From Eledone cirrhosa (lineage: Eukaryota): DNA of 64,000 nt. The notes under the pieces were generated by a model. That model saw only the letters and a list, made by a program, of their open reading frames with translations, was not told where the DNA came from and did not search any database. A program made the translations under genes and the position numbers. Below are positions 49,050-63,165 of the stretch, piece by piece (position 1 is the stretch's first letter; the number at the start of each line of letters is the position of its first letter). The stretch lies in contig OZ024741.1 in assembly GCA_964016885.1 (NCBI GenBank), positions 18,166,001 through 18,230,000 of the forward strand, given 5' to 3'.

Positions 49050-52000
49050 AAAAACTTGGTACATCTACATATGTATACGTGTGTGTATTCATATACATAC
49101 TAGTATTTCAGTATACATATATGGCTGTACATCTTTGACTTAATTGTTTGAGCGTCAGTCATACAAAAGTGAGTTACAAACGAAACGAAATTTAATTTCG
49201 TTTCGTTATTTGTTTTTATCGTCTCCGTTGAACCGGTACTTACTCACACTCTATGCAGGTTGGTCTGCCCACTACTAATTTTCATAGAAAAAGCATATAG
49301 CGATATGTGCTTTTACGATTCTCTAGAGAGGCCGGAAGATAGGTAAATATTGCTGATGAGTTGTAACAACAACGAAACTAGTTCAATATTCCTTGTCTGG
49401 CTTTCTGGAGAATAGAGGAAAGGTGTTTCCTCAAAAACCAGTATGACTCTAAAAACCGGTTTGTCTGTGTGTTTACATACAGAATAGCTGGCCACTCACA
49501 GTAAAGTGATCAGTGAAAAAAAACTTGGTACATCTACATATGTATACGTGTGTGTATTCATATACATACTAGTATTTCAGTATACATATATGGATGTACA
49601 TCTTTGACTTAATTGTTTGAGCGTCAGTCATACAAAAGTGAGTTACAAACGAAACGAAATTTAATTTCGTTTCGTTATTTGTTTTTATCGTCTCCGTTGA
49701 ACCGGTACTTACTCACACTCTATGCAGGTTGGTCTGCCCACTACTAATTTTCATAGAAAAAGCATATAGCGATATGTGCTTTTACGATTCTCTAGAGAGG
49801 CCGGAAGATAGGTAAATATTGCTGATGAGTTGTAACAACAACGAAACTAGTTCAATATTCCTTGTCTGGCTTTCTGGAGAATAGAGGAAAGGTGTTTCCT
49901 CAAAAACCAGTATGACTCTAAAAACCGGTTTGTCTGTGTGTTTACATACAGAATAGCTGGCCACTCACAGTAAAGTGATCAGTGAAAAAAAACTTGGTAC
50001 ATCTACATATGTATACGTGTGTGTATTCATATACATACTAGTATTTCAGTATACATATATGGATGTACATCTTTGACTTAATTGTTTGAGCGTCAGTCAT
50101 ACAAAAGTGAGTTACAAACGAAACGAAATTTAATTTCGTTTCGTTATTTGTTTTTATCGTCTCCGTTGAACCGGTACTTACTCACACTCTATGCAGGTTG
50201 GTCTGCCCACTACTAATTTTCATAGAAAAAGCATATAGCGATATGTGCTTTTACGATTCTCTAGAGAGGCCGGAAGATAGGTAAATATTGCTGATGAGTT
50301 GTAACAACAACGAAACTAGTTCAATATTCCTTGTCTGGCTTTCTGGAGAATAGAGGAAAGGTGTTTCCTCAAAAACCAGTATGACTCTAAAAACCGGTTT
50401 GTCTGTGTGTTTACATACAGAATAGCTGGCCACTCACAGTAAAGTGATCAGTGAAAAAAAACTTGGTACATCTACATATGTATACGTGTGTGTATTCATA
50501 TACATACTAGTATTTCAGTATACATATATGGATGTACATCTTTGACTTAATTGTTTGAGCGTCAGTCATACAAAAGTGAGTTACAAACGAAACGAAATTT
50601 AATTTCGTTTCGTTATTTGTTTTTATCGTCTCCGTTGAACCGGTACTTACTCACACTCTATGCAGGTTGGTCTGCCCACTACTAATTTTCATAGAAAAAG
50701 CATATAGCGATATGTGCTTTTACGATTCTCTAGAGAGGCCGGAAGATAGGTAAATATTGCTGATGAGTTGTAACAACAACGAAACTAGTTCAATATTCCT
50801 TGTCTGGCTTTCTGGAGAATAGAGGAAAGGTGTTTCCTCAAAAACCAGTATGACTCTAAAAACCGGTTTGTCTGTGTGTTTACATACAGAATAGCTGGCC
50901 ACTCACAGTAAAGTGATCAGTGAAAAAAAACTTGGTACATCTACATATGTATACGTGTGTGTATTCATATACATACTAGTATTTCAGTATACATATATGG
51001 ATGTACATCTTTGACTTAATTGTTTGAGCGTCAGTCATACAAAAGTGAGTTACAAACGAAACGAAATTTAATTTCGTTTCGTTATTTGTTTTTATCGTCT
51101 CCGTTGAACCGGTACTTACTCACACTCTATGCAGGTTGGTCTGCCCACTACTAATTTTCATAGAAAAAGCATATAGCGATATGTGCTTTTACGATTCTCT
51201 AGAGAGGCCGGAAGATAGGTAAATATTGCTGATGAGTTGTAACAACAACGAAACTAGTTCAATATTCCTTGTCTGGCTTTCTGGAGAATAGAGGAAAGGT
51301 GTTTCCTCAAAAACCAGTATGACTCTAAAAACCGGTTTGTCTGTGTGTTTACATACAGAATAGCTGGCCACTCACAGTAAAGTGATCAGTGAAAAAAAAC
51401 TTGGTACATCTACATATGTATACGTGTGTGTATTCATATACATACTAGTATTTCAGTATACATATATGGATGTACATCTTTGACTTAATTGTTTGAGCGT
51501 CAGTCATACAAAAGTGAGTTACAAACGAAACGAAATTTAATTTCGTTTCGTTATTTGTTTTTATCGTCTCCGTTGAACCGGTACTTACTCACACTCTATG
51601 CAGGTTGGTCTGCCCACTACTAATTTTCATAGAAAAAGCATATAGCGATATGTGCTTTTACGATTCTCTAGAGAGGCCGGAAGATAGGTAAATATTGCTG
51701 ATGAGTTGTAACAACAACGAAACTAGTTCAATATTCCTTGTCTGGCTTTCTGGAGAATAGAGGAAAGGTGTTTCCTCAAAAACCAGTATGACTCTAAAAA
51801 CCGGTTTGTCTGTGTGTTTACATACAGAATAGCTGGCCACTCACAGTAAAGTGATCAGTGAAAAAAAAACTTGGTACATCTACATATGTATACGTGTGTG
51901 TATTCATATACATACTAGTATTTCAGTATACATATATGGATGTACATCTTTGACTTAATTGTTTGAGCGTCAGTCATACAAAAGTGAGTTACAAACGAAA

Positions 52001-52965
52001 CGAAATTTAATTTCGTTTCGTTATTTGTTTTTATCGTCTCCGTTGAACCGGTACTTACTCACACTCTATGCAGGTTGGTCTGCCCACTACTAATTTTCAT
52101 AGAAAAAGCATATAGCGATATGTGCTTTTACGATTCTCTAGAGAGGCCGGAAGATAGGTAAATATTGCTGATGAGTTGTAACAACAACGAAACTAGTTCA
52201 ATATTCCTTGTCTGGCTTTCTGGAGAATAGAGGAAAGGTGTTTCCTCAAAAACCAGTATGACTCTAAAAACGGTTTGTCTGTGTGTTTACATACAGAATA
52301 GCTGGCCACTCACAGTAAAGTGATCAGTGAAAAAAAACTTGGTACATCTACATATGTATACGTGTGTGTATTCATATACATACTAGTATTTCAGTATACA
52401 TATATGGATGTACATCTTTGACTTAATTGTTTGAGCGTCAGTCATACAAAAGTGAGTTACAAACGAAACGAAATTTAATTTCGTTTCGTTATTTGTTTTT
52501 ATCGTCTCCGTTGAACCGGTACTTACTCACACTCTATGCAGGTTGGTCTGCCCACTACTAATTTTCATAGAAAAAGCATATAGCGATATGTGCTTTTACG
52601 ATTCTCTAGAGAGGCCGGAAGATAGGTAAATATTGCTGATGAGTTGTAACAACAACGAAACTAGTTCAATATTCCTTGTCTGGCTTTCTGGAGAATAGAG
52701 GAAAGGTGTTTCCTCAAAAACCAGTATGACTCTAAAAACCGGTTTGTCTGTGTGTTTACATACAGAATAGCTGGCCACTCACAGTAAAGTGATCAGTGAG
52801 AAAAAAAACTTGGTACATCTACATATGTATACGTGTGTGTATTCATATACATACTAGTATTTCAGTATACATATATGGATGTACATCTTTGACTTAATTG
52901 TTTGAGCGTCAGTCATACAAAAGTGAGTTACAAACGAAACGAAATTTAATTTCGTTTCGTTATTT

Positions 52966-52969
<4 letters not shown>
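49050..52969 (+). mobile_element. Hammerhead-ribozyme tandem array, right arm (about 8.4 units of 469 bp)
   Basis: Eight ribozymes on the plus strand starting at about 49346, 49815, 50284, 50753, 51222, 51691, 52161 and 52629. Units are almost identical. Confidence 0.9.
49346..49390 (+). ncRNA. Type I hammerhead ribozyme (representative of 11 array copies)
   Basis: AATATTG-CTGATGA-GTTGT-AACA-ACAAC-GAAA-C-TA-GTT-CAATATT. Confidence 0.88.
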
Positions 52970-53038
<69 letters not shown>

Positions 53039-53075
53039 TATACATATACATATATATTTGTATATATATATATAC

Positions 53076-53798
<723 letters not shown>

Positions 53799-53804
53799 TT
53801 GCTA

Positions 53805-53845
<41 letters not shown>

Positions 53846-53905
53846 GATATGTTTATGTGTGTGCGTGTATGTGTATATATATATGTATATGTATATCATT
53901 ATTGT

Positions 53906-56719
53906 GAATAGAATCGATTAGGTTTAGTAAGGCTTTAGCAATAGAGAAAAATAGAGCAGAGGGAGAACTAGTTAAAAAATTAGACGAGGCGCTTAGCAAA
54001 GGCATTGCGACCGACGTGCTTGCGGCGAAATTGGCCCTTGACCAATTCTTCAATGCAAAGCACGAAGGCTGCGTTGTCAGAGCTAGGGTGCGTGCTCTCA
54101 GACACGAGGGGACGAAAGCCGTTCAATGGGCCCGAGTGGCGGAGGCGCGTCGTGGTAACAAAGCCACGATCCGGTCTTTGGTGGACCACGACGGGCGCAT
54201 GCTACTCGATCCCGGGCAAATGTGTGAAGCTTTTCAGCGACACTTCGCTCAGCTGTTCGGGGGCAGCGAGGGGCCGGGTAGAGGGATGGACTTTAGTGTC
54301 TACCTCGACGGACTGCCGCGGCTCTCAGCCACTGAGGCGAAGTGTTGCGAAAAGCCGATAACAGCCGCTGAAGTAAGGGAGGCAATGACTGGCTGCACAA
54401 GGGGTAAATCGCCTGGTTTGGATGGTCTGCCCTATGAACTTTACGTACAGATGCCAGACTTGTTCGGAGGCCTCTTGGCGGACGTCTACTGCAACTGGCA
54501 ACAGAACGGGAGAATTCCCAGTTCTGTGAGCCGAGGAGCGGTGGCACTGCTGAGAAAGGATCCGAACAAGGGGGATAACATAGACAATTTCCGGCCCATA
54601 ACTCTGCTAAACACAGAGTTTAAGATTTTGGCCAAGGTGCTAGCAAAGAGGTTGGCGCTTGTCGTTGGTGGTCTGGTGGGAGAGGCGCAGACATGCGCCA
54701 TTCCCGACAGATCCATCCACGACAACCTCCACCTCATGCGATACATCGTAGAGAGGGTAGCTAGGGAACCTGGCACGGGTGGATCCTTGATCAATTTAGA
54801 TCAGTCGAAAGCTTTCGATAGGGTCGACCATCGTTACCTAGCGGCAGTCCTGAGGGCGGCTGGCTTTGGGCCCGTCTTCAGAGGCTGGATCGCTGCCATG
54901 CACAGCGACATCTGCTCTGTGGTGAGAGTGAACGGTCACCTGTCGGAACCGTTCAACATCATGCGCTCGGTCCGCCAAGGATGTCCCCTCTCGTCCCTCT
55001 TGTACGTATTGACTCTCGAGCCATTACTGCACAAACTGGAGACGTTGAGGGGAGTCCCGCGCGAACTAGGATGCGGAAGATCCGTGTCAGCATATGCGGA
55101 CGATGTCACCGTAGTGGTGTCGAACGCCAAACACATCGAGGCGATCGGCACTACACTAAGAGAATACGAAGCGGTGACAGGAGCAATGATCAACCAGGAA
55201 AAGTCAGTGGGCCTGCAGCTCGGCACCTGGAGAGGCAGGTCCATGCCGTCCAACAGCGTCGTCGGGCGCTGGACGGACGGACCGGTTAAATTGCTAGGGG
55301 TCTGGTTCGGTCCGGACCTCCAGACGGACAAAAACTGGGACGAGGTGACGAGCAGGGTGGCTTCTCTCACCCAGAAATGGGCGGAGAGGAAGCTATCCCT
55401 GAAAGGTCGAGCGGAGGTGGCTAACGCGTACATCGCGTCTGTCATCTGCTACCGCCTAACCGTCGTGCCTTGTCCTAAGCCTCGCCTGACTGCGCTGGAG
55501 CGTTTGCTCTTTCGCTTTTTGTGGAAGGGACGTGCTCCGATGGTCAGGCGGTCCATCTGTTGTCAACACCCGCTACGTGGAGGGCTGGGCATGCCGTGGC
55601 TGATGATGCGCAGGCACGCGCTCAGGCTACGACATCTCCACCTCTTCCTCGACGGTGATCAGGTGTGGTCGCCGTTTGCTAGACGCGTTTTTCCCCAGCT
55701 CGTTTCCTTGACGGAGCTGCAGTCCTGGGTCAAGCGAAGACCGAGAGGGAGCGCCTGGAGACTGGAATGTCTTCAGGCGCTCACAGGCCTCGACCAATCG
55801 GGCAATGTGATCGGTGGAAACTCCACCTCGGCGTTCTATAGAGGATTAGTGGAGGGGAAGAGCGACGACGTACTTGGGGAAACTCTAGGCGTCGACGAAA
55901 ATCAACTAGCCAATCTCTTCGGAAGAACTTTCGGGCCGGGGCCTATGGACAACTTCCAGAAATCTCTGGCCTGGCAGTGCTACCGAGGAGCCTTGCCAGT
56001 TCGGGATAAACTCTACAGGCATGGAGGTGCCGTCAGCCGGGCATGTCCGAGATGCGCGCAGGGCGACGAAACCGTCCTGCACGCACTCGTCCAGTGTCCG
56101 AAAATTGCTGACTTGTGGGTTTATGTCGAACACCTGCTGTCGCGTTTAGGACGGATCCAGCTATCATCTGAGTCTATCGTGAGGATTGCCCCGCCCTCCT
56201 CCTTTAGCCGGGAAGGGCAGGCAGTTTTTATCTGTCTGGTGGCCATGGCGAAAGAGATAGTATGGTGGACACATTTGAAAGGGCTGAAGACGAGCACTTA
56301 CCTCTTCGGTGATGCTCTGATTGACTTTTTCAAATTTCATTTGAAAAGGAAAATCAGAGTAGAGAAGGAAGTGCTCTCTTCCCAGCATTTTGTTGAAAGA
56401 TGGGTGAGAGAAGCAAGAATGGCCCGAGTGAATGGGCCGACTCTGAGTATATATCTGTAAACTAAAGGTGGAAAACTGGGAGAGGGCACTTGCCTTGGTG
56501 GTCAGGGTCATTGTGGCTTTTTACTGGGCTTTCTCCACAAATGTCCCTCCGAAGTCTCCCCCCTATTGGGGAATTTTTCATTGTTATTTTCATTGTTATT
56601 TTTGTTACATCCTCTGTTTTTGTTTTTTTACACGCAGAAATGCCCATTTGTACCGTCCTGCATTGTCCTGCACTGTCCTTAATGTCTACTTTATGTAAAC
56701 CCTTGTGGTTAATAAAGAA
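53906..56719 (+). mobile_element. Tx1-clade retrotransposon copy E (distinct subfamily), 5'-truncated, with 11-bp TSD
   Basis: TSD ATCATTATTGT at 53895-53905 and 56720-56730. The 3' end is AATAAAGAA. Confidence 0.93.
54016..56460 (+). CDS. Truncated ORF2 (RT plus zinc finger) of copy E
   Basis: 814 aa open frame homologous to ORF2 of copy D, with canonical YADD at 55093-55104 and no endonuclease. Confidence 0.85.
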   Translation: MLAAKLALDQFFNAKHEGCVVRARVRALRHEGTKAVQWARVAEARRGNKATIRSLVDHDGRMLLDPGQMCEAFQRHFAQLFGGSEGPGRGMDFSVYLDGLPRLSATEAKCCEKPITAAEVREAMTGCTRGKSPGLDGLPYELYVQMPDLFGGLLADVYCNWQQNGRIPSSVSRGAVALLRKDPNKGDNIDNFRPITLLNTEFKILAKVLAKRLALVVGGLVGEAQTCAIPDRSIHDNLHLMRYIVERVAREPGTGGSLINLDQSKAFDRVDHRYLAAVLRAAGFGPVFRGWIAAMHSDICSVVRVNGHLSEPFNIMRSVRQGCPLSSLLYVLTLEPLLHKLETLRGVPRELGCGRSVSAYADDVTVVVSNAKHIEAIGTTLREYEAVTGAMINQEKSVGLQLGTWRGRSMPSNSVVGRWTDGPVKLLGVWFGPDLQTDKNWDEVTSRVASLTQKWAERKLSLKGRAEVANAYIASVICYRLTVVPCPKPRLTALERLLFRFLWKGRAPMVRRSICCQHPLRGGLGMPWLMMRRHALRLRHLHLFLDGDQVWSPFARRVFPQLVSLTELQSWVKRRPRGSAWRLECLQALTGLDQSGNVIGGNSTSAFYRGLVEGKSDDVLGETLGVDENQLANLFGRTFGPGPMDNFQKSLAWQCYRGALPVRDKLYRHGGAVSRACPRCAQGDETVLHALVQCPKIADLWVYVEHLLSRLGRIQLSSESIVRIAPPSSFSREGQAVFICLVAMAKEIVWWTHLKGLKTSTYLFGDALIDFFKFHLKRKIRVEKEVLSSQHFVERWVREARMARVNGPTLSIYL

Positions 56720-57328
56720 ATCATTATTGTTGTTGTTGTCGTTATTATTATTATTGTTATTATTATTATTATTGTTATTAATGTATATGTGTGTATGTAT
56801 ATATATATGTGTGTATATATATATATGTATGTATGTATATATATATATATATATTTTTTTTTTTTATTTTTTTTTTTATATTTTTTTTTTCCTCCTCGTG
56901 CAAATGACCATACTCGATAACGAGGGGGGTGGCCATCATATATATATCTATATCTATATGTATTTATGTATATATATATCTATATGTATGTATATATATA
57001 TCTATATGTATGTATGTATAGGAGCTCGTAAGAGTCAATGGCCATCCAAAATCACCGGGAGAGATGACCTCTTAGCTTTTGTCAAGGCAGAATTCTAGGA
57101 GAAGGAAAACTCTGATATAACACCTGCAACCCTGATGGTATCCAATGATGTTGACTTGTTCTTCTTTTTGGTAAATATCATCTTGGTTAAGAGAGTGGGA
57201 CTGGCTTTGTGCAGTGCCTTTGCTCACTATAAAAGCTTCACGGCACAGGCATTGCTTTATATCTGGAGATCTCTCTGCACTTGTCGTCACATGGTACCAT
57301 GGACCCAGCACTATGTGTCAATAATTGT

Positions 57329-57406
57329 CACAAGTGTAGTGTTTGTACCAGAGTTTTCAAGTCGCTGGCTGGAGTAAAAAGTCACACTCGTTCAGCGCAT
57401 CGGTAG
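57329..57406 (+). pseudogene. Second RTE-type C-terminal zinc-finger remnant
   Basis: HKCSVCTRVFKSLAGVKSHTRSAHR* closely resembles [13 protein letters not shown] of the 53.7-kb fragment. Confidence 0.6.
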
Positions 57407-58171
57407 GGGTTCTCCTACATGGATGTAAAGTAGTGGCCGTACTCGAAAACGAGTTGGCAGCCACCATATATACATACATATATATATATATACATATACA
57501 TATATATATATATATCCAGGGAGTGTAACTTGGAGTTACTGTAGGTCCACCTGGATGAGCACTCGATGTTTAGATTCACTTCAGTTCTGAGGTAGCCGTG
57601 AACAGCTGAATGAGTTAGGAAGAGAATGGAAGTAGGAGAGTGTAAAGTAGGGGATGAGAAATGAGAGGGGTATATACCAATACAGGTGAAACTCTAGTCA
57701 CATGACTCAATATTGAATCTTAGTATGTTATCATTCATCACAGTTTGAAAGAAGAGTAAGTTTTTTGGTTTTTGTTAAGAACTGTCATGAAGAAAAGTGA
57801 TATACCCCTGCTTTGTGGAGAACGGCAAGGGGTTTAGTGGGCCCTTTAAAGTGCATCTGTGGAATGAGTAAGGAATTAAAGACCTAATGACCACAACAAA
57901 CTACGGGAGAGTTTTGTAGCTGTGCCCCGTCGTGGGTGGAGAACCTAATCTATGAGATTTGTGGTAAAGGACAGAAATCACAACTATAAAACTTGTGGTA
58001 GTGAGAGTCGTATGAGAGGTTTCTGTCTTGAGAACCTAGAGACAAAGCGAGAGGGGAGAGAGAAGGAGAAAGGGAGAGAGAGAGAGAAGGGGAGAGAAGA
58101 CCAATCATCATCGACAGCAGCTCCATAGGTATGTTTATTAAATAATACAACCTTAGAACCAGCTAGTCAGT

Positions 58172-58832
58172 CAACCATCCAACCAACCTACCACCCAACC
58201 AACCAACCAACCTACCACCCAACCAACCAACCAACCAACCAACCATCCAACCAACCTACCACCCAACCAACCAACCAACCAACCTACCACCCAACCAACC
58301 AACCAACCTACCACCCAACCAACCAACCAACCAACCACCCAACCAACCAACCAACCCACCATCCCACCACCCAACCAACCAACCACCCAACCACCAACCA
58401 TCCCACCATCCCACCATCCCACCAGCCAACCAACCAACCAACCCTCCAACCAACCACCCAACCACCAACCATCCCACCAGCCAACCAACCAGCCAACCAA
58501 CCAACCAACCCTCCAACCAACCACCCAACCACCAACCATCCCACCAGCCAACCAACCAGCCAACCAACCAACCCTCCAACCAACCACCCAACCACCAACC
58601 ATCCCACCAGCCAACCAACCAGCCAACCAACCAACCAACCCTCCAACCAACCAACCACCCAACCAACCAACCCACCATCCCACCACCCAACCAACCAACC
58701 AACCAACCCTCCAACCAACCAACCACCCAACCAACCAACCCACCATCCCACCACCCAACCAACCAACCACCCAACCACCAACCATCCCACCAGCCAACCA
58801 ACCAACCAACCCTCCACCCTCCACCCAACCAT
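58172..58832. repeat. (CCAA)n-based compound minisatellite
   Basis: Read directly from the sequence. Confidence 0.9.
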
Positions 58833-59266
58833 CAACAGTGGCTAGCTTCTAATCAGTGATGTCCGCTGTAAAAGTTCTCTGTAATTTCACAGCTCAGTAT
58901 TAACGTATAACATGTTTATTAGGTTGAGTTAAGGTGTACAGTGTTAGAGTGTCGTTTATAACACTATAATATTAGAGAGGGAGTTATGGCAGAAATGGAG
59001 TCGACAGTAATTCACACAACTCTAATGGACTTTTATAACATTCATCACTAGGAATTAGGCCTCGTCTATATATGTTTGTATATGTGTCTGTGTATGGACG
59101 TGTGTATCATTATATATATATATATATATACTTACATATATACACACATATATATATACTTACATATATACACATATATATATATACATATATACAAACA
59201 TATATATACATAAATGTCGAATAATATATATATATATGTGCGTGTGTATTGTGTGTGTATATATAT

Positions 59267-59326
<60 letters not shown>

Positions 59327-59399
59327 GCATCAATAAAGATTTAGAAGATAAATTAACGCCAAATCATTCATTTTTCACTCACACTTTCGCTATATATGT

Positions 59400-59477
<78 letters not shown>

Positions 59478-60349
59478 CAGTGTGTGTGTATGAGTGAGTG
59501 AGTGTATGTATACATACGCATACATAAATATATTTCAATAAAGATTAGTATGATAAAATAGCTTGTTAAAGACACAAACACCCACACATACATACACACA
59601 CACGCATGCATACATACATACATACATACATACATACATACATACATACATACATACATACATACATAAAACCTTACATCGATTTCTAGCTAATTCTACG
59701 CTTATCACGCAATCTAAATTCCAACGAGTTTAATTTTTATTTTCCTATCAGTTACTATATATGACATAAAAAACATCTATTTTATAGCCGAAATCGATAA
59801 TTTGTGATATCAGCAATATCTCAATGCTATTACAATAATATTTCAACATTATTGAATAAATATTTTTTGCTAAAATCCTGCTAATTTGTCACATAAAAGT
59901 CAGTCCTTGCTGATAATCGATAAAATGAAGTGTAGAAGAGTATTGTAATTTAATTAGTTTAAAAGGGTTCGATCGTGGTATTTAAGATGGTGAATTATTT
60001 ACGAGTATGCCGCCGGAACACTGGACTAGCAACGTGGACGAGTGATTTGCTAAACATACCAGCTAAATACCCCTCAAATTACACCGTATATTTTACGGAA
60101 ATAAAGAGAGAGAGAGATAGAGAGGGAGAGAAAGGGGGAGAAAGAGAGTGATGGGGAGAGAGAATGAGAGAGAGAAAGAGAGAGATGGGGGAGAGAGAGT
60201 GAGAGAGAGAAAGAGAAGTCATACGACACACTATCATTAGTTTCAGTTATTGGACTGCGACGGTGGCTGAGCATTCTATACATCTGAATCCACCGACTTT
60301 TGGAAGGGTGTGAATGGTTACAGTCGAATAAATCTCGAATACTTGTCTG

Positions 60350-60454
<105 letters not shown>

Positions 60455-60492
60455 AGGAAGTTATAGTTCACTTGAAGCATTGTGTAATAAGG

Positions 60493-61041
<549 letters not shown>

Positions 61042-61171
61042 CTTGACCAGCAATCCCCAAAAATCGCTGACTGACTTCACACGTGTGATTTATCTCCTAT
61101 GTTCTCATTTTCCCCGTTCCTTCCACTTCTCACTCTTTGTCTTTCTATTCTGTCTTTCATTTCTAACTGTA

Positions 61172-61207
61172 TCTTCTGATGAAAGACTGGTGTCTGAAGC
61201 GTTAAGA
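61172..61207 (+). ncRNA. Degenerate Penelope-type minimal hammerhead
   Basis: TCTT-CTGATGA-A-AGAC-TGGT-GTCT-GAAG-CGTT-AAGA (GAAA changed to GAAG). A related decayed copy lies at about 783-820 (-). Confidence 0.5.
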
Positions 61208-61789
61208 CTTTTCCTGCTATTTCAAGCGTTAAACTAATATATTTCTTCAATGTACTGTTTCGTTTGCTTTGTTATTTCTGTTTACCTTTTACACACACAC
61301 ACACATAATTAAGTGATTCAGTAGATTTGTGTTATACCGAGGAAGGGCCTAGTATCAGCACTCTATGTTATATCAGAGTCTATATGTTAAGAAAAACCAA
61401 ACAAGGTTTCACATTGAGGTTTTTATTGATTAGTCTCAGTTACGAATGTTTCACAGGTGGAAGGCTCAAGGTCCATATTTGTGTTATAGATCCGACTCCT
61501 GCCTCATCAGACTTGTTAATCAAGCAAAATCAGAAATTTATCTTAGGGTATATTTGCTCAAACAAGTGTATATATATATATTATGTCTATCTTTATATAT
61601 ACATATATATACATATATACACATATATATAAGTTAATGCTAAGTTAATGCTAAAGATACGGACGAAAACAGTATTTTAGTTACAGATGATCTCAGTTCA
61701 AACATCGCTAAATTCAGCTTTGCCTTTCATGTGAAACCGGGATAAACAGGTGATGAGCCTCAAGGTCTCGAGACAAACACTTTAGACTA

Positions 61790-61872
61790 TCAATCCTGTC
61801 AATCCTGTCAATCCTGTCAATCCTGTCATTCCTGGTCAATCCTGTCAATTCTGTCAATCCTGTCAATCCTGA
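61790..61872. repeat. 9-bp tandem repeat (AATCCTGTC)n
   Basis: Read directly, about 9 copies. Confidence 0.85.
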
Positions 61873-62000
61873 CCTCGGCTGATTTAACTCTCAACATTCT
61901 GTAATCGTTTAGCAGAAATATCTAAAAATAAAAAGTTCTCTGACTGTCAACATCGTGCTGGGCAGGTGTCCTGTCGATGTTGATTGGTCTTCTGATATTC

Positions 62001-62077
<77 letters not shown>

Positions 62078-62669
62078 ATTCTCCCTCTCTCTCCCCTCTC
62101 GCTTTCTCTCTAGGTTCTCAAGACAGAAACCTCTCATACGACTCTCACTACCACCAATTTAATAGTTGTGATTACTGTCCTTTACCAAAAACCTCATGGA
62201 TTTCGTTTCTCCACCCACGACAGGGCACAGCTACAAAACTCTCCCGTAGTTTTCTGTGGTCATTAGGTCTTTAATTCCATACTCATCCCACCCGACCATC
62301 TCTGCTTTTCTGTGATCTCTGCACTCAACATCTGCTCATATTGAACTAAAACTATGATATTGAGCCAAAGATTAATATTACTTCTCAATTCTCTGACTAT
62401 CAACATCGTGCAGGGCAGGTATGTATCACACAATTTCAATCTTGAATACTAGGCAGGTACTTGTGAATAATTTCCCACAGTTACACTTTCAAGGGCTCGC
62501 TAAACCCCTTGCCGTTCTCCACGAAGCAGGGGTATATCTCTTTTCTTCATGCCAGTTCTTGAAAAAAACCTTACTCTTCTTTAAAACTGTGATGATTCAT
62601 AAATGTTAATGCAAATTATTATAAGCATTTTTACTAGAGGGCAGATTATCGTGAAAATTTAAAGATTTT

Positions 62670-62888
62670 CTCGACGTCCTCGGGGGCAATGTATTAGCCA
62701 TCCTGTCGGTCGGGACCCAGAGGTGGAGTGGTTGTTCCAGTAGGTCTCTCTCGCCGTCCTCGGAGCAATGTATTTTCCATCCTATAGATCAGGACCCAGA
62801 GGCGGAGGGGCTGTTCCAGTGGGTCTCCCTCGCCGTCCTCGGGGGCAATATATTATCCATCCTGTCAGCCGGGATCCAGAGGTGGAGA
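62670..62888. repeat. GC-rich 80-bp tandem repeat, about 2.7 copies
   Basis: Units start at 62670, 62750 and 62829. Confidence 0.8.
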
Positions 62889-62979
62889 GTAAATTAGTTG
62901 GAAATGTTCGGACGTCACTTTCTCTCTTTTTCTTTAAAACATATTATTCATCACCTTTTTCTTGAACATATTATATTTA

Positions 62980-63165
62980 ATTGTTTCTACATTTGGCACA
63001 AGGCCAGCAATTACCCAGTACATTACTGGTACATTATTTTATCGACCACGTAAGGATGAAAGGCAAAGTTAACCTCGGCGGGATTTGAACTTAGAATGGC
63101 AAGTGCCGTAACTCTTTGCTGCAAAGCATGGCGTCCGACCCTCTACCGATACTGTCAATCCACCG
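62980..63165 (-). mobile_element. SINE family 1, near full length
   Basis: Head, B-box, body and tail are all present. Confidence 0.85.

Noticed and set aside
47846-52778. Repeated 60-aa ORF MASYSVCKHTDK...
   Set aside because: It starts at GTG, is antisense to the ribozyme, is frameshifted in one unit and is not preserved in the solo copy.
47725-52969. CRISPR-like array
   Set aside because: Units are identical with no unique spacers, there are no cas genes, and the context is eukaryotic.
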